Of a stretch of DNA of 64,000 nt, positions 35,989 to 50,096 are shown piece after piece. A program made the translations under genes and the position numbers. Where the stretch lies: positions 9,238,001 to 9,302,000 of the forward strand of contig NC_088802.1 of assembly GCF_011386835.1 (NCBI RefSeq). Reading direction: 5' to 3'. This stretch comes from Chrysemys picta bellii (Eukaryota). The notes under the pieces are model-generated. The model was not told where the DNA came from, searched no databases, and saw nothing but the letters and a program-made list of their open reading frames with translations. The stretch's first letter is position 1. Every line of letters begins with the position of its first letter.

Positions 35989-36164
35989 TACACCTCTACC
36001 CTGTTATAACGCTGTCCTCGGGAGCCAAAAAATCTTACTGTGTTATAGGTGAAACCGCATTATATCGAACTTGCTTTGATCCACTGGAGTGCGCAGCCTC
36101 ACCCCCCCGGAGCACTGCTTTACCGCATTATATCCGAATTTGTGTTATATCGGGTAGAGGTGTA
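35989..36164. mobile_element. TcMar-type MITE
   Basis: Perfect terminal inverted match TACACCTCTACCC/GGGTAGAGGTGTA, including TA flanks. Confidence 0.8.
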
Positions 36165-38053
36165 GTTCAGTATGAGGCCAATAGCTTGGTAAACTAAAAG
36201 GCTGGGACTCTTCTGTGAATACATATAGTGCCTCTGGGATAGGGCTACAACGGTTATGGTTCGAGGTGTAAGATGATCAATAGCTGTGGGTTACCAACCA
36301 ACATCCTTCCTGCCATGGGATCACACTGTGTGTGATGCCTTTGGAGCATCTGGTGCTGGCTGGCATGTGACAGTGGAACAGATGCTTCTGTTCCCTTTGA
36401 GATGGTCCCATTGAGGTGATAGAGGGGTTGGATGCTGGATTAGATTGGGACCAGTGGTCTGATCTGGCATGGTAGGGTGTGGATACTGGATTAGATAATA
36501 ACAATAACACCTGCCTCTTACCTAGCGCTTTTCATCAGGAGATCTCAAAACGCTTTACAAAGGAGGTCAGGATCGTTATGTCCATTTTACTGATGGGGAA
36601 ACTGAGGCACAGAGCAGTGAGGTGATTTGCACTCAGGAGGCCAGTTGCAGAACTGGGAATGGAGTAGGTGGATTACTGGAGTCCACAGGCCCAGTGGTCT
36701 GATCTGGTGGGGGTAGGATGGGGTGGGGCATACCAGGCTAGATGGGGCTTATCCAGCATGGCAGGGAGGTCCAGTTCCTACATTCTTGATCGCCGATGAG
36801 CCGCCGATTGTCCCATCAGTGGCACCCTGAGCCCTGATACTGGTCCCTTGCCTTCTAATGGTGACCACCTCCCCCATCCCTTCTTCATAGGTTGCTTGAT
36901 GCATAACTGGGTGACTTGGAGCAGCGCTCTCTCTGGGCTTTGCCTCCCCAGAGGGTCCAGCAGCACTTTGGGACCAATGCTTTGATGACCACATTGGGGT
37001 GGAATCCTCTGCAGTATCTGCCCCTTTCCAGCAAGGCGGGAGTTAAACCCGAGTATTGCTCCCAAGAGGCGATGGTTTTTTCATCAGATGTGCTGGGCTG
37101 AGGGGCATCTGTACTCCTGAGCTGGCAGAAGAGCAAGCGACTCCCGCCCACTCCCACCTTCTCCCTGCCACCGGTGTGTCTGGGCCTTCTAGTGCTGAGA
37201 GGGAAGTTAAAGGCGACTCTTTCAGTTCTTAGCCTCCTTGTTACACTGAAAATCATTCTCATCTGACCTGCAGAGTCCTGCTAGGAACGCAGCTGAGAAC
37301 GCACGTACTTGGTTTATGCACAGACCAGCTGAGAGTCATTTTCAGTGCAACTGGTGCCCTAGAAGGGAAAAGCCAGGTATCCCATTCCCTGCCCTCTCTG
37401 AGCCAGCCAGTGCCCCTGACCTGGGGTGTGACTGGAACCAGCTCCTCCTAGAGGGGAAAGGCCCCATATCCCATTCCCCAATGCCCCTGAGCCCCCTGTA
37501 ATAAGAATGCCCAACTGCTATGAGCGAGACAAGGTGGGCGAGGTAATAACTTTTCTTGGATCAGTTTCTGTTAGTGAGAGCGCCAAGGTTTTGAGCTCCA
37601 CAGAGCTCTTCTTTCATATTTTGGGAGCAACATGGCTACAGCAACACTGCAAATAACGGTGATTTTAGCGCTTATCAGGAGATCTCAGCACTTTTACAAA
37701 GGAAGGCTGTATCGTTATTCCCTATTTTACAGTTGGGAAAACTGAGGCATAGAGCAGGGAAGGGACTTACCCAAGTCCAGAAGGCCCCATTCCCTGAGCC
37801 TGCCAATCCTCTTCGACCTGGGGGTCTCTTCGAAGTAAAAATCCCTGTAATCCCATTCTCTGAGCCAGCCCCTCAGTGACGTGGGGTTGGATTGAATTTG
37901 ACCCTGCTGGAGTATTTGTAACAAGGGATGGCTGTAGGCTCCAGAACTCTGGTACCAGTCCCGCTTATAAACATCCTTTTGGTGTTCTCTGTTTAGAGAC
38001 AACGATCATTGGCAGGCAGGCTGGGGGCTGATGGGTGTTTACAGCTGTTAGGA

Positions 38054-38240
38054 GGGAGGGATAGCTCAGTGGTTTGAGCATTGGCCTGCTAAATGCAGGG
38101 TTGTGAGTTCAATCCTTGAGGGAGCCATTTAGGGATCTGAAGCAAAAAAAAAAAAAAAATAGTTGGGGATTGGTCCTGCTTTGAGCAGGGGGTTGGACTA
38201 GATGACCTCCTGAGGTCCCTTTCAACCCTGATATTCTATG
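38054..38240 (+). mobile_element. tRNA-derived Pol III SINE with CR1 3' tail (turtle PolIII/SINE type)
   Basis: A box tagctcagtgg, B box gagttcaatcc, A-rich linker, then ggttggactagatgacctcctgaggtccctttcaaccctgatattctatg. Confidence 0.88.
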
Positions 38241-38639
38241 TGTATACCCCAGTGTCCTATCTCTTCCCAATACCAGAAAAAAGCCAAGACGGTTTTTTTT
38301 TTTTTGTTTGTTCTGGACTGCAAACTTGAACGCAACCCATCTTCAGCGAGCGAGTGACAGCACTTTCCTGTACGCTGCTAGTTAGCCAGCAGCTAGATAT
38401 TGTCTTTGCTCTTGGGTCCATCTTTATCCCATGCTCAATCCCTGTCCCTCATCTCCCCTCTATCTGGCTCTGGGGCCCCAAGCTTTAACAGGGCCCAAAG
38501 GTGCTCAGTGCAACTGAAAATGAAGTTGCTGTGCCCTGATATGGTGTGTTTTGGTCGGGGGGACCTATTTTCATTTACATCAACACATTTCTTCAGTGTT
38601 AACACTACTGCTTATGTCAGTGTCCCCAGCACATTAGTA

Positions 38640-38885
38640 AGGGTTTGTCTACACTGCAGTCATAGGGTGTGGAGTGGACAGACCTGAGCGAGCCTTGATC
38701 TAACTAGTTCGGGTCCCGGAGTGAGATAGCTGCACAAGTAACTACCCAGGGTTCCAGATGGGCTTGTGTAGTCAGTGCTGGCACTGCTTCGCGGCTCTGG
38801 TACCTGAGCGTAGCTAAACTAAAGTGAGCTCAAGTACGTCTACATGAGCTGCAATCGCACCCTGCGATTGAAGTGTAGACGTACA
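38640..38885. mobile_element. MITE with gtctacact/agtgtagac ends (PIF-Harbinger-like)
   Basis: tgtctacact at ~38646 and agtgtagacgtac at ~38872 are inverted. Confidence 0.5.
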
Positions 38886-41800
38886 GAGGCAGCTACCTAA
38901 GGTGTCTTACAAAAGGAGGTGGACAGATCAGACAGCATAAAGTTAACCTGTGAAGGAAAAACAAGTTGGTTGAATTTAATTTTAAAGAAATGGCAGGTCT
39001 AGACTGTTCGTAATTCAGGTGATTCTTTTGTGCCTCCCTGAAAATCCAACCTCTGCACAGTTTCAACCAATTATAGGATTCTTTTCCACTTCATGTATTT
39101 TTGTTTTGTGTTTGTACAGCCCCTAGCACGCTGGGGTCCTGATCCATGACTGAGGTACTATGATAATAGAAATTACTACTACTAGCAATTATTGTTTGTT
39201 ATGTTGTGCGCTGTTAAACAGCTGCCAGGCCACACCTCAGAGGTGGCTGCACTTCAGCACGGGGTGAAATGTTTTGTGTATCAGTTACAATCCTTTGGGT
39301 TCTCTCGCTGAGGAGCCCGATGTAGCTGCTTAGTCAGCTCCGTCCTTTAGGATGACGGGCCCTATATAAACGCCAGTTTGTTTATTTCTATTAGGGTAGC
39401 GCCTGGAGGGCCCATTGTGCTGGGTTCTGCACATACACAGAGCGTGAGCGCTCGGAAGGCTTGTGGGGGAAACGGGCTTGGCAAGATACAGGGCCTTGCC
39501 CAAGCTCCGAGAGTCAGTGGCAGAACTGAGAATTGAACTCCGGAGTCCCAGCCTTAACCACACAGGCTCTTTTACGGCGTTCAGTCACTCTCGACTGGGA
39601 TGTTCCTTGTGCTCTCTGAGCACTTTGGCAGCTAGACGCTAAACACGCTTAGCATATCACGACCGCGGCAAGGACAATTCGCTTAAATTATTATCTCAAA
39701 AGGCTTGAGTGAGTTCTTGTTCCTCCATCTGTTATTTTAAAGGGAGACGCTTTCAGCCGAGGTTGGCTAATAAATGGAGGCAGTGAGATGGAGAGGGGGG
39801 CCGGGGGGGAGGCTCTCCCAGATGATGGGAACTGTAGAGGGGAAGGTGCTTGTGTCCACAGGGGGGGCGATCGTGGGAAAGGGCAGGGAGGAGGTGGATG
39901 CTAGCTGAAGAGAGTAAAGAGACTAGATCTGCTGCTCCCCCATACCGCCCTTCCCCTCTCTTCCCCCCCCCCCACCCGGTGCTCTGGCTCCCCTCACACA
40001 CACACACACACAGCTCTACTGGGGCCCCTCAATCCTGACTCTCAGCCCCCCTGCTATTCCAGCACTGGGCTCCCCTCTCCGGTACTACAAATCCATGGTG
40101 GTCCTGTACTTGGGGAGGCGGGTGGGGGATGAATCTGAATTGAATCTTGACATGGATGGGAAGCCAGAGCAGGGGTTGCTGTGAGACACACGGCCAGTCT
40201 GCAGTTCCTGGTCCTATGTGCAGTTCTCGGTTTTTGTGGCAGAGCTGGGGGGAGGGCAGCCAAGGGCTGGGATAGTAGGGAGCTGCAGTCAGGATTGAGG
40301 GGCATTAGTAGAGTTGTGTGTGGGAGAGTCCAAGGCTGGGATACTCCAGAATTGGAGACGTTCTCAGCCCCCAACCCAGTGATGGTGCTGCTCTCTAAAC
40401 TAGAGGTGGCTGCATTTCAGAGGTGGCATGGGTGAGAGAAGCTAGTGTGTTAGAGCAGTGGGGACTGGGAGTCAGGACTCCTGGGTTCTGGGAGGGGAGT
40501 GGGGTCTAGTGGCTAGTGTGAGGGGCAGGAGTCAGGGATTGGAGTTGAGACCTGTGTTTCTAATCCTGTCAGTCTTCCTGTGGGACCTTGGTCAAGTCAC
40601 GGACTCTCCGTGCCTCAGTTTCCCCCTCCATACAATGCATGGTAGTGCAACGTTCCTGCCTTAGTAAAGTGCTTTGAGATCAAGGGATGAAAAGTGTGAT
40701 TGATTACACAGTCCTATCATCACTAGGGGCCAGAGTGCAGCTGCCCTTCCCCATCTTCTGAGACTGGGAGGCTGACTGATGACAAACTCACCCGCATCTC
40801 TTCTCTGTAACCAGTTAGTGACATAGTCAACTCTGGAAGTGGCTTTTGTCTGCATGCCACGTGGCGGATCCTTGGTTAGCAGCCCTGGCAGGAATCCTGG
40901 CAAGGGTTGGCACCTGGTTATCTTGGTGCGATCAGCTGGCCACTCTTACTTGGGTACGTAGACCAGTTCACACCCCGAAGCTGCTGGTATAACCAGGTAG
41001 GCCGGTTCTCCTTCCTCCGAGCTCTGTAGGACATCCCAGAGTGCATCACTCCATGCGCCTCCAGCGGGCTGAAGCACCGTGGGATAGCTGACTAGATTTC
41101 AGAATGCACCAGTACACTGGCGGGCAATTCCCTGCCAAACCCAGACGTGTGCCTGGTTAGGCTGTAATATAGTCTTCTGTGGCTAGGTCCCAAGGGTGCA
41201 TGGCGGGAGTCCAGTCTCTCTCATACACTGGTCAGAAGATAGGAACTACCAACATCTTGGGAGATGCTTTTGCTGCTGGATCCCTTGTCTCCCCTCTGTC
41301 CTGGGCTAGGGGTGTATCTCTGTCACTGGGCTCCCCAGGAAGAAAGACAGCGGGTGGCACGGAAGGCGCTTGGTTATCGGGTTCCCCTGGGCAGCCACAG
41401 AAGAGATTTCTCTCCCTGGATTGCGCTGGCTTATCTGAGCCTTGCCCCTGCCAATGTGCCACAGCCCAGTGCCCATTTAGGGGCAGATGAGTGTTCAGTC
41501 TCTGTAAGCCCCTGACTACCTCTCCCCATTTCGTATGCGACGGACCCGTCTGCTCTGAATTAGCTTGAGACCCACCAACTCGCTTCATGCAGGGTAGACT
41601 GGATGGAAATGACTTTTAGTCACTGCTGATCTGTGGCTAGATTGGAACCCGCCTGCCCTAAGGGGAGGACATCTGAGCCAGTCAGCCAGTCCTACCTGGT
41701 CTTGGTTTGGAGTTATATCACAGCTAGTGCCCCCTAGTGGAGAAGGGTCCATGTCCCAGGCCCCACCTGCTTGAGCCAGCCATTCCCCCTGCCCTGGGGC

Positions 41801-44800
41801 CAGATCTGAGCCAACATCCTCTAGAGAGGAAAGGCCCTGTATCCCATCCCTGCCTCCCTGTGCCAACCCTGGGGCCGGATTGGAGCTGGGACCTCAGAGA
41901 GGCAATGCCCTGTATCCTGTTCCCTGAGCTAGCCAATCCCCATGATTCTTCCCCTTCGCTCTGTGAGTATTGGCTGTTGGTTTGGCAACAGGCGGGACCC
42001 AGCTGGAACCGATCAGGGCCATCTGCGTGCTTGAAGTGTGTGTGAGCGGGGTTGTTTTCACTGCCCTCCACCAGGATTAGCCCTACCCTGGTGTAAGAGC
42101 AGAGGTTGGGCTCCTGATTGTTTGTCTTGCCCAGAAGCTTATTCTCATTAGGGACTGACCTAGATTCGGACGAGTGTAACGGAGAGGAGAGGCCGGGAGA
42201 AGTTCAGGCCTCCAGCTTGCCATGTGCAGGGCTGGGCCGCGGTGACATCCCATCCCTCCTTTGGGGACCCTGTGTCTGTCACTGTCAACCACTGGGGCGT
42301 GACTACCTTATGCCAGCTGTTGAGGCTTCCCCTTAATTGGGAGATGCTGGGCTGGGCAACTCCTGCCTAGCTCCTGGTCATCTGTGTTCTTGAGTGTCCC
42401 CACCCCTCTTCCTCCAGGAGTACTTAATGGTTTTATTAGATGGGGAAACTGAGGCACAGATTTGCGCCGTGACCGGTCCAGGATTCCAGTGGATGAATGG
42501 CAGAGCCACAAATCGAGCCTGGGCGGCCTGACTCCCAGCCCCCCTGCTCTAACCACTAGACCCAACTCCCTTTCCAGAACTGGGACTAGAACCCAGGAGT
42601 CCTGCGTCCTGCTCCAACCACTAGACTCCGCTCCTAGAGCTGGCAGCAGAACCCAGGGGTGCTAATCCCCTCAACCGGCTCCTCCTATGCTGGGGGCGGG
42701 GGGAGCGATCAGCACAGAAGTGGGCTGGATGGGTTGCTAAGTTATTGTGGGGGGCCAGGGGATCTGCAGGAGCAAGTGGCCTTGGCTTTAACCCTTAGTG
42801 ACCCGACCCCATGCACTTACAATATCTTTCCCTTCCCGGTCTGAATCTCGCCCCGTCCCTTTGGGTTGCTGACCTGATTGGCGCACAGGAGACGCCTTTC
42901 CCCTTATCCTGGGACCTGCTGTGCTGGCTGGTTTCCTGTTTGCCTCCTGTGCACCCCCTGCACCCCTCCCCCCCTTCACAGAGAAGCCCCTCCCATCCTC
43001 TACTGCTCTGTGATGGCTGCCGGCTGTTTCCCATTAGAGAACAGGCAGCGGAGGAGGGGAGGACAGACTGTTCCTCACATCTCCGTGTGTTTACGTCTGG
43101 CTCTGATCTACCTTTGGAAGTGAAGTAGATCTGCAGATGGCAGGGCTCTGAGCCCTCCCCGTGGTGGGCAGAGACCAGGGCTAGCTCCCCATGCACGAAC
43201 CACCAGCCCAATGGGGTTTGCCCTATAAGTGCCCCCCACGGGAGGTGGATAGGGGGCGGACAGGGAGGCCAAGGGCTTGAGGCGGCCAAAAAGCTACTGG
43301 GTGGGGATCGAACCAGTCCTGTGTATCTAAGGGTCCGTGTCTACTAACCCCCTGAGTTACCTCTGCAGTGATCAGGCGTGAGCAGCCCCATGGCAAAGCC
43401 CTACCCAGGTTACCGCTCTGATTCCTTCCCTGTGAATTGTGGGAGAACTTGTCCGCCCTTCTGGGCGCACTGGGGAATTGTGGGAAAGCGTTGGAGGACT
43501 ATCAGCGCTTGAATGGTTGTAGCCTGTGTCCTCACTGCAAAGTCAGCAGGCTGAGTGGAAATGGATCCAACACTCTAACCCACCCCCCCCTCCCTCCCTC
43601 CCACCAGGCCTGGTTAGTTCCTGGGTAGGAGCCTGGGCTAACTGCCGTGAAAAGAGACCCTGAAAGCGTGAAGCTCTACTGCCCGAGCTAAAGAACCTTA
43701 TTAGCATGGAAGCAACAGCGGCGTCCTAAATCTCTATGTGGTCCGGCCACAGGAGGGGGCTAGAGAGCCCGTCTGCCTGCCCGGGTTACCCCAACCTGGG
43801 GGCTAGTGGTTGTGAACGGAACCCGGTTCCATTGGGGAATCGGGCTGAGAGTCTCCAGCTCGGCATCCCTCTCTTCACGGGTGCATGCTGGGAAGCGAGC
43901 AGCCGTGGCATAAACCCCGAGAGAGCTCCAGTGGAGGAGAGAGACGGCGACCCACCTAGCAGGGGTGCGTCCGTCCCGCCTCATCAGTGTCTTGAGCCAG
44001 TCCTGGCGCCGATGCGTAGGGCAGAGTGGAATCCGGCTGGCTTTTTCATCCGCTGTGCTGGCGGGATCAGGCCTGCCGATCCAAACGATAAAGGCTTGTC
44101 TCTCTCTCCCTGCAATTTCCCGTTTCTCCCCTGCTCCTGTAGCATTCACATGCCCCACACCAGAGGTGGCTGCATAGCAACCACACAGCAAGATGGCACG
44201 GGGATTGCTCCCTCTGCACTGAAACACAGCCACCTCTGGACTAGGCATAGCAGCTGCTGCGCAGCCACACGTGAGCAAGACAAGAGGACAGGAAGTGAAA
44301 TCCCCAGTTGAACCAGTGGGAGAGCTTTAGAGAGGCAGCTGGAGTTGAGATTCAGTTGGGGCGCTGGAGGAAACGGCTTAATTGTTGGGCGCCGTTGGCG
44401 AACGATCACAAGTGATCAGGGCCTGTTTGCACCATCTCATGTGAAAAGAGAGAGCCCCCTGGCTGCACCACACCGGGTCACAGCGGATGGCACTGCCCAA
44501 GAGGGGAGGGGCGCTCCCCTAGTGAGACGCCCCCCACCTCTCTAGGTGCCCTCTGCAGGCCCTAGATCGCCCTAGAGATCTCCCATCCAAATGCTGACCT
44601 GGCCTGGCTCTGTTTGCTTGAAATCTCCGCTCTGAGGTGGAACAGCTATAAAAAATTTTTGCCCGTTAATAAATGGGGCAGATACACCTCCAATTTCCCA
44701 CAGGGAACGCGCGCTTGTGTGTGTGTGTGAGATCAAGAAGGGTGTTGATGCAGGTCTCTTCCCTCCATCCATCCCCCCTTCCTGTGACTGTAACTGTCTC

Positions 44801-47800
44801 CCCCTGGCTTTTTCCCTTGTGCTGTGATGGGAGGGAATCTGTCTTGGCCTGGGAAGGCCCGGGGTTGTGGGCACAGCACATATGCCTGCTGAGATCCCTG
44901 GCTGGAGTCTGAACCCTGTGTTGTAATTCCTCCAGACTCCTGGGGTGGGTGAGTTGAGGACACAGCAGCTTGAATTCCTGGCTGCTTTCAAAGGCTGGGG
45001 GGGGGGATATTCTATTTAATTCCTTGTAAGGCCCATTTCCTGACCCCCCCCCCTCCCCTGAGCCAGCCATTCGCCCTCCAAGCTGGGGCTGGCTCCCCCA
45101 AAAGGGGAAACGTCCCCTTCCGCAACCCCTGGTGAGCCAGTCCTTCACATTGGAGCTGGATCAGAGCTGGTGCCCCCTAGATTAGAAAGACCCCCTCTCC
45201 CCCCGTCCCCCAACCTGGGGTCAGATCTGATCAGCTCCCTTTACCTCCTGAACCTCTGTCTCTGATTCCAAGGGGAGCAGCTGCCAAAAGAACAGTTAAT
45301 GGTTAACTCCCCTCTGTATGCAAACGTGGCATTAGAGATTAACTCAGTGGGGCTGTCTGGTGTTCAGGCTAATCAGCTGCAGGAAAGGGCTCTTTCCCCA
45401 GGCCGGCTCCCAAAGCTTCATCAGCAAAGTCTGATCCTTGGCCTGTGACCCACTCTCCAATTTCTCACCCTGTCCCTGCTAGGCTCTGGGTCAGATTCTG
45501 CTGTGTTACCCCGCTGTGTAAGTGTGGAGTTCCCCTGCTGCTCTCAGTTCAGGCTGGGGTCACTGAAAGCAGGATCTGGCCCTGCCTCCATTGAGGGCAG
45601 TGGGCTAGCTTCTGATCTACCCAGGGGCAACAACGGAGATCAGGATCTGGCCTCCTTCACCTCTCTCTTCCTGTCTCCTCTCTGCAAAGATCCTGTCAGC
45701 CTTTAATTCTCCTGTTCACCTTTCGGCTAAATATGGGTGTGTGAGGCTTAAACTCTCCCTCCCTTTCAGAGTTGGGGGGGGCCTGACTTCCTGATCGAGA
45801 GGGCCGCCCCATAGCAACCTCTGACCCTGCCTTCCTTCCTCCTCTCCTAGCCTATATGGGAGGGCCACATTTCCTGGTACCGCTGAGGGGAGTGAAACCA
45901 GCCCAGCCGAGCCAGCGAGAACTGTGTCGAAACTGCTGTGCGTTAAAACTTCAACAGGACACGGCTCGGTATGGTGCTGTCCCCTCTGCTCTGTACCATT
46001 GCCCAGAGCGGATCTGTTTGCTGTTTCTCCCCCCATCCCGCCCCCCCCTGCGGCTGGAAATCAGATACTGGCAGAGAGAGAGAGAGAAGCGATTAGAGAG
46101 GAGAGTTCATAATGCTGGACTTGGGTCATTTGCCTTGTTGAACAGCGACTGGTACAGAGAGAGGCAAGAGGTTGACACAGCCAGAGTCTATAACAAGTGG
46201 GGTCCTCGAGCCGGACGCGTGCCCGGACAGAGGGGAGACTGTCTCCTGAGCTAGAGCCTTGAAGCCAGGCTTGACATTCAGCTGAGGACCGAGAGGGGGT
46301 GAGTGTGAAATCGACACAGCATCTGGAACCCAGAAGCCCGCCTGCCTTGTTATCCGGAGAGACAAGGGGTGTGGAGGGAAGCAGAACCCCTCTCCGAGAG
46401 CTTGTCGTGATGGCGAGATAACAGCTACTCTGGTAGGAGGAGAACTTTTTATGGCTGAAACTTTTGCCCTTTCCAGGGAAGGGGAACAAAGAAACTTTTT
46501 AGAGACTGATCTAAAGCACTCATGACCTTCTATAAGCTATAATTTGTGATCAGGTGGGTGAGACCACGTCTGCTTCCGTGTGATTGTGATCATGTCAGCT
46601 GAGATCAGGGCTGCATTGTGCCAGTTGCTGCCTAGACACACACGGAGAGACAGTCCCTGCCCTGGGGAGTTTTCAGACAAGGCAGGAGGGTGGGGGACAG
46701 AATTATATCTCCAATATGCTTTCCAGGAAGAAGGAATATTTAGTGTGTGTTCTCTCCTGTCTCCTTGGCTGGTGTTTCCTTCCCATCCCAGGAGGGTTGG
46801 ACAGTGCGAGGAAAATCTTTCTAGGCTCTGGAAAGCAGCCTGGCAAGGCAAGGGTCTGGAGGCCCTGGTGACAATATGGTCGATCCGTGGGTTTGTGTGG
46901 TGCTGTGGTGTGCTGTTCAAACAGCATTCCTGAGTCTGCCTGGTTCTGTATGACGCCCACCACGGTAATTGTGCCGAGTCCCAAGGCCGCAGCACATACG
47001 GGCAGTGTTATATTCTGGGTCGGCCGCTGCCGACTTATATGTGGCTGTTTTGTACTGAGTGGCTGGGGAAGCTAAAGCAGTGGGGAGGTGTTATCTGAAT
47101 CCACTAGTGTTTGAGGGATGTCCATTTGTGTTATGCAGGAAGTCAGATGAGATGATCAGAATGAACCCTTCTGGCCGGAAGCAGAGGGGTTCTTATCAGG
47201 GTTAATGCTGGCCATGCCAGTGCTACCGGTTGGAGGAAACAGCGGTTGGAGGAAACAGCACCAGCGGCAATGCAAAATCCCCCAAGAGGCCGGCGTTTCT
47301 GTAGTTCCTCTGGCTTTTCCCCGGCTCAGCAGGTTTCCGATCTAGCTTGGGGGCTGGTTTCCAGGAGAGTTGGTTTCTGGGTGGGGCTGGTTTCTGATCT
47401 AGTTTGAACCTCCGTTCTTGCTGCTTAAAATTTGTTACAAGGTGGTCGGGCAAACTCTGTCCTTATCCCAGCGTGGATGTGGGGGTTGCTCTCTCTTGAG
47501 GGGGGAAGTTCCTTGTCGGTAGCCTGGCCTAGTATGGGGTGAGAGGTTGAACCCCGTAGATCCGGCGGATTTGAGGAATGTGGGGTGTCGGACAAGGGGG
47601 AATGCTCCAGAAGGGAGACGGACAACCACAGGATCAGCCCAGGAGTTGTCAAGAAACTGGCCTGGGTGCAGTTCCCAGCTCTGCCACAAGCTCCCCGTGT
47701 GACTGTGGACAAGTCTCCGTACCTCAGTTTCCCCATCTGTAAAACAAGGAGATAATCCTTCCTTTGTTCCTTGGGGCAGGGACCGTCTCGCTCTGTATGC

Positions 47801-50096
47801 ACAGCCCCTAGCACAAGCGGGCCACAATACACCGGTTATTAATTTGTATTGTCTAAGAGCCCAGGCCCCTGTTGTGCTAGGCACCGTGCAGACAGAACAG
47901 AAGGGCAGACCCTACCTCAAACAGTCTAAGGGTAAGACAAGAGACCACCAGCTGGATCCAGATAGTGGGGGGCCATGACCACCAGTGGTCTCCGAGGCCT
48001 CATGGCAAAGCCTTGGCCCCTGCAGCGTTGGATCTGTTTTCTTTAACCACCCCACTCCCTTTCCTGGCTCTACACTTGATTTGCATAAACGGCAAAGGGG
48101 GAATGTGTGTTGTTTTGACCCAGCGTCAGTTAGTCAATGTGGCTTTGATTTCAGCAAGCCCTTCCCGTCAGGGCGGGAGGAGGAGGGCTGGGCTGGGCTG
48201 GGCTGCCAGTGCTGGCAGCCCACCCTTGAGGACTCATTACCCCCCTTAACCCTTTGAGTGCTAGGTGGGGAGGGGATGATGCCGGAGACTCACCCATCCC
48301 TGCACCCTGTGCTGAGACCCCTCCTTATTTTCCTCCCTCCACCCTGGCTCTGCTGACCCAGTGCTTGCTCTTGCCCACCGTGAGCAGGGTCCGGATCCCA
48401 GAATGGGGAGGGGTTGGAAATTGGTAGCAGGAGGGGAAGGTTTCTGGGATTGAGTCGTGTGGGGAGGGAATTTAGGGAGGGCTTTTGGCATTAGTGAAGA
48501 CTGAGAATAGCAGGATGGGTTGCTGCTCTCTGGCTTTACTCCCTCCAGCCTGTGGGACTCCCAGATGTGACTTTTGTTGAACAATGGAGGCAGCTGGAGG
48601 GGAAGTGAGAGAACCCACAGGAAAGCCAATGAGATTTTCCTGTCCTGGGGCTGCCCCCAAAAACCCTGGCTTCCGCTGATGCTTAGAACTGAGACTCTGA
48701 CCTTCCAGGGTTGCCACGTATCCCCTGGTGCTTTCCTTGGGAGTTGGGGCCTAAATCCCAGAGGCCTGGCCAAATCCCAGCTGGGGGGAGGTGTTCCTTG
48801 ATTCTGAAATGGTGCTCCCTTGCAGCGCACCACCCTGCTGTTTTCCCTTCCCCTCATGTCCTAAGCTAGAGAATGGTGTCCTGTTGCGGCTGTGTTCCTC
48901 CCCAGAGGCAGCTGCATTTCAGTGAGCGACTGATCTAATTCCTCTCTGTGGCTTGTAAAAGCTGGCGTGCTCTGAGATGCCTGGCAGGGCTCTTCACACA
49001 AGGGGCCTGCACTGAAAGAGCGGGCGGGAGCCAGACTTTGGGGTGGAGGAGGAGGAGGACAAAGAGACAGCCAAGCCAGGCCAGCCCATCCGCATATCAG
49101 CCGCCTCTTCAACCTATTGCCTCTGGCCTGTGGTCAGACTAGTTCGGTCACAGCCCTTAGGCCGTCACCTCTTGGTAAGTGCTTTTGAAACTGGCTTCCT
49201 TAGCCAGGTAAGTATTTGATTGTGGTGAGCTGGGTGAGTGGTCACAAGAAGTGGAGGAGATTGGACCTGCTGGGCAGGGGATCTGCTGCTGCTGGGTGGC
49301 TGGAGTAGACTTCTCTGAGCTCCCGTTACCTCTCCCTTTGCTCTGGCAAAGAGCGGCCCCTGTGTTGACCATGAGCTACCTACGTCCCAGCTCTCAAATC
49401 TAAAGTGAGTGGTAGGAGGCTGGGACTGGCTGCAGACAGGGAGCATCTCTGGCTGCGCCGGTGTTGGCGAGGGGGGTGGCAGAACGGGATGTCCTTGGCT
49501 TCATGAGGAGCTGCCAGTGGGATGTCTCCTGTGGCCAGAGCAGCGGTTAAAAGGTTAAGCCAAGCAGGGCCTTGGCCGAGAGGCCCATCGCTGCCTCTTG
49601 AGGTTGTGAAATCACAGTGGGAGTGACCCAGAAGTCAGGCCGGGTACCCACAATGCACAGCTCTCCCTTCCCCTGGCTCTGCGCCTAACCCAATTCCCGA
49701 GCCACGGGCCGTTCTGCTGAGGCTTTCCCGCTTGTTGCCAAATACCCAACGTGACGTTTTAGCTCTTTAACAAACGAGCCTCAGCCCCGCAAAGCAGTTA
49801 ACCAGGCCTGGGGTTGGGTGACAAGGCCAGGGGCCGGCCCAGCATAACATGCTCCTTTGCCCCACAGCACAGCCAGAGGGGGCTCTGTGCCGCTGCAGCG
49901 GGGGAGCTGCCCTGGTTCTTTCCTCAGCAACCTGGGCGGAGGAGGGGGGGCTCTGAGATGCCCACCCTAACCGGGCTCAGTGTCCCCTCCCGCTCTGGCA
50001 TTCGAGGAGCCATTCCTCCTCAGCCTGACCATAGAGTGCGCTGTGGGGGGCTATTCTGCCTAACCTGGAACATGTTCCATCCCCTTAGCCAGGCCA

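Noticed and set aside
36770-37270. Possible retroelement or processed-pseudogene fragment (125-aa ORF)
   Set aside because: No motif recognised; a BLASTX or RepeatMasker search would be needed.
38054-38130. tRNA gene
   Set aside because: A and B boxes are present but the sequence continues into an A-rich linker and CR1 tail without a T-run terminator; it is a SINE.
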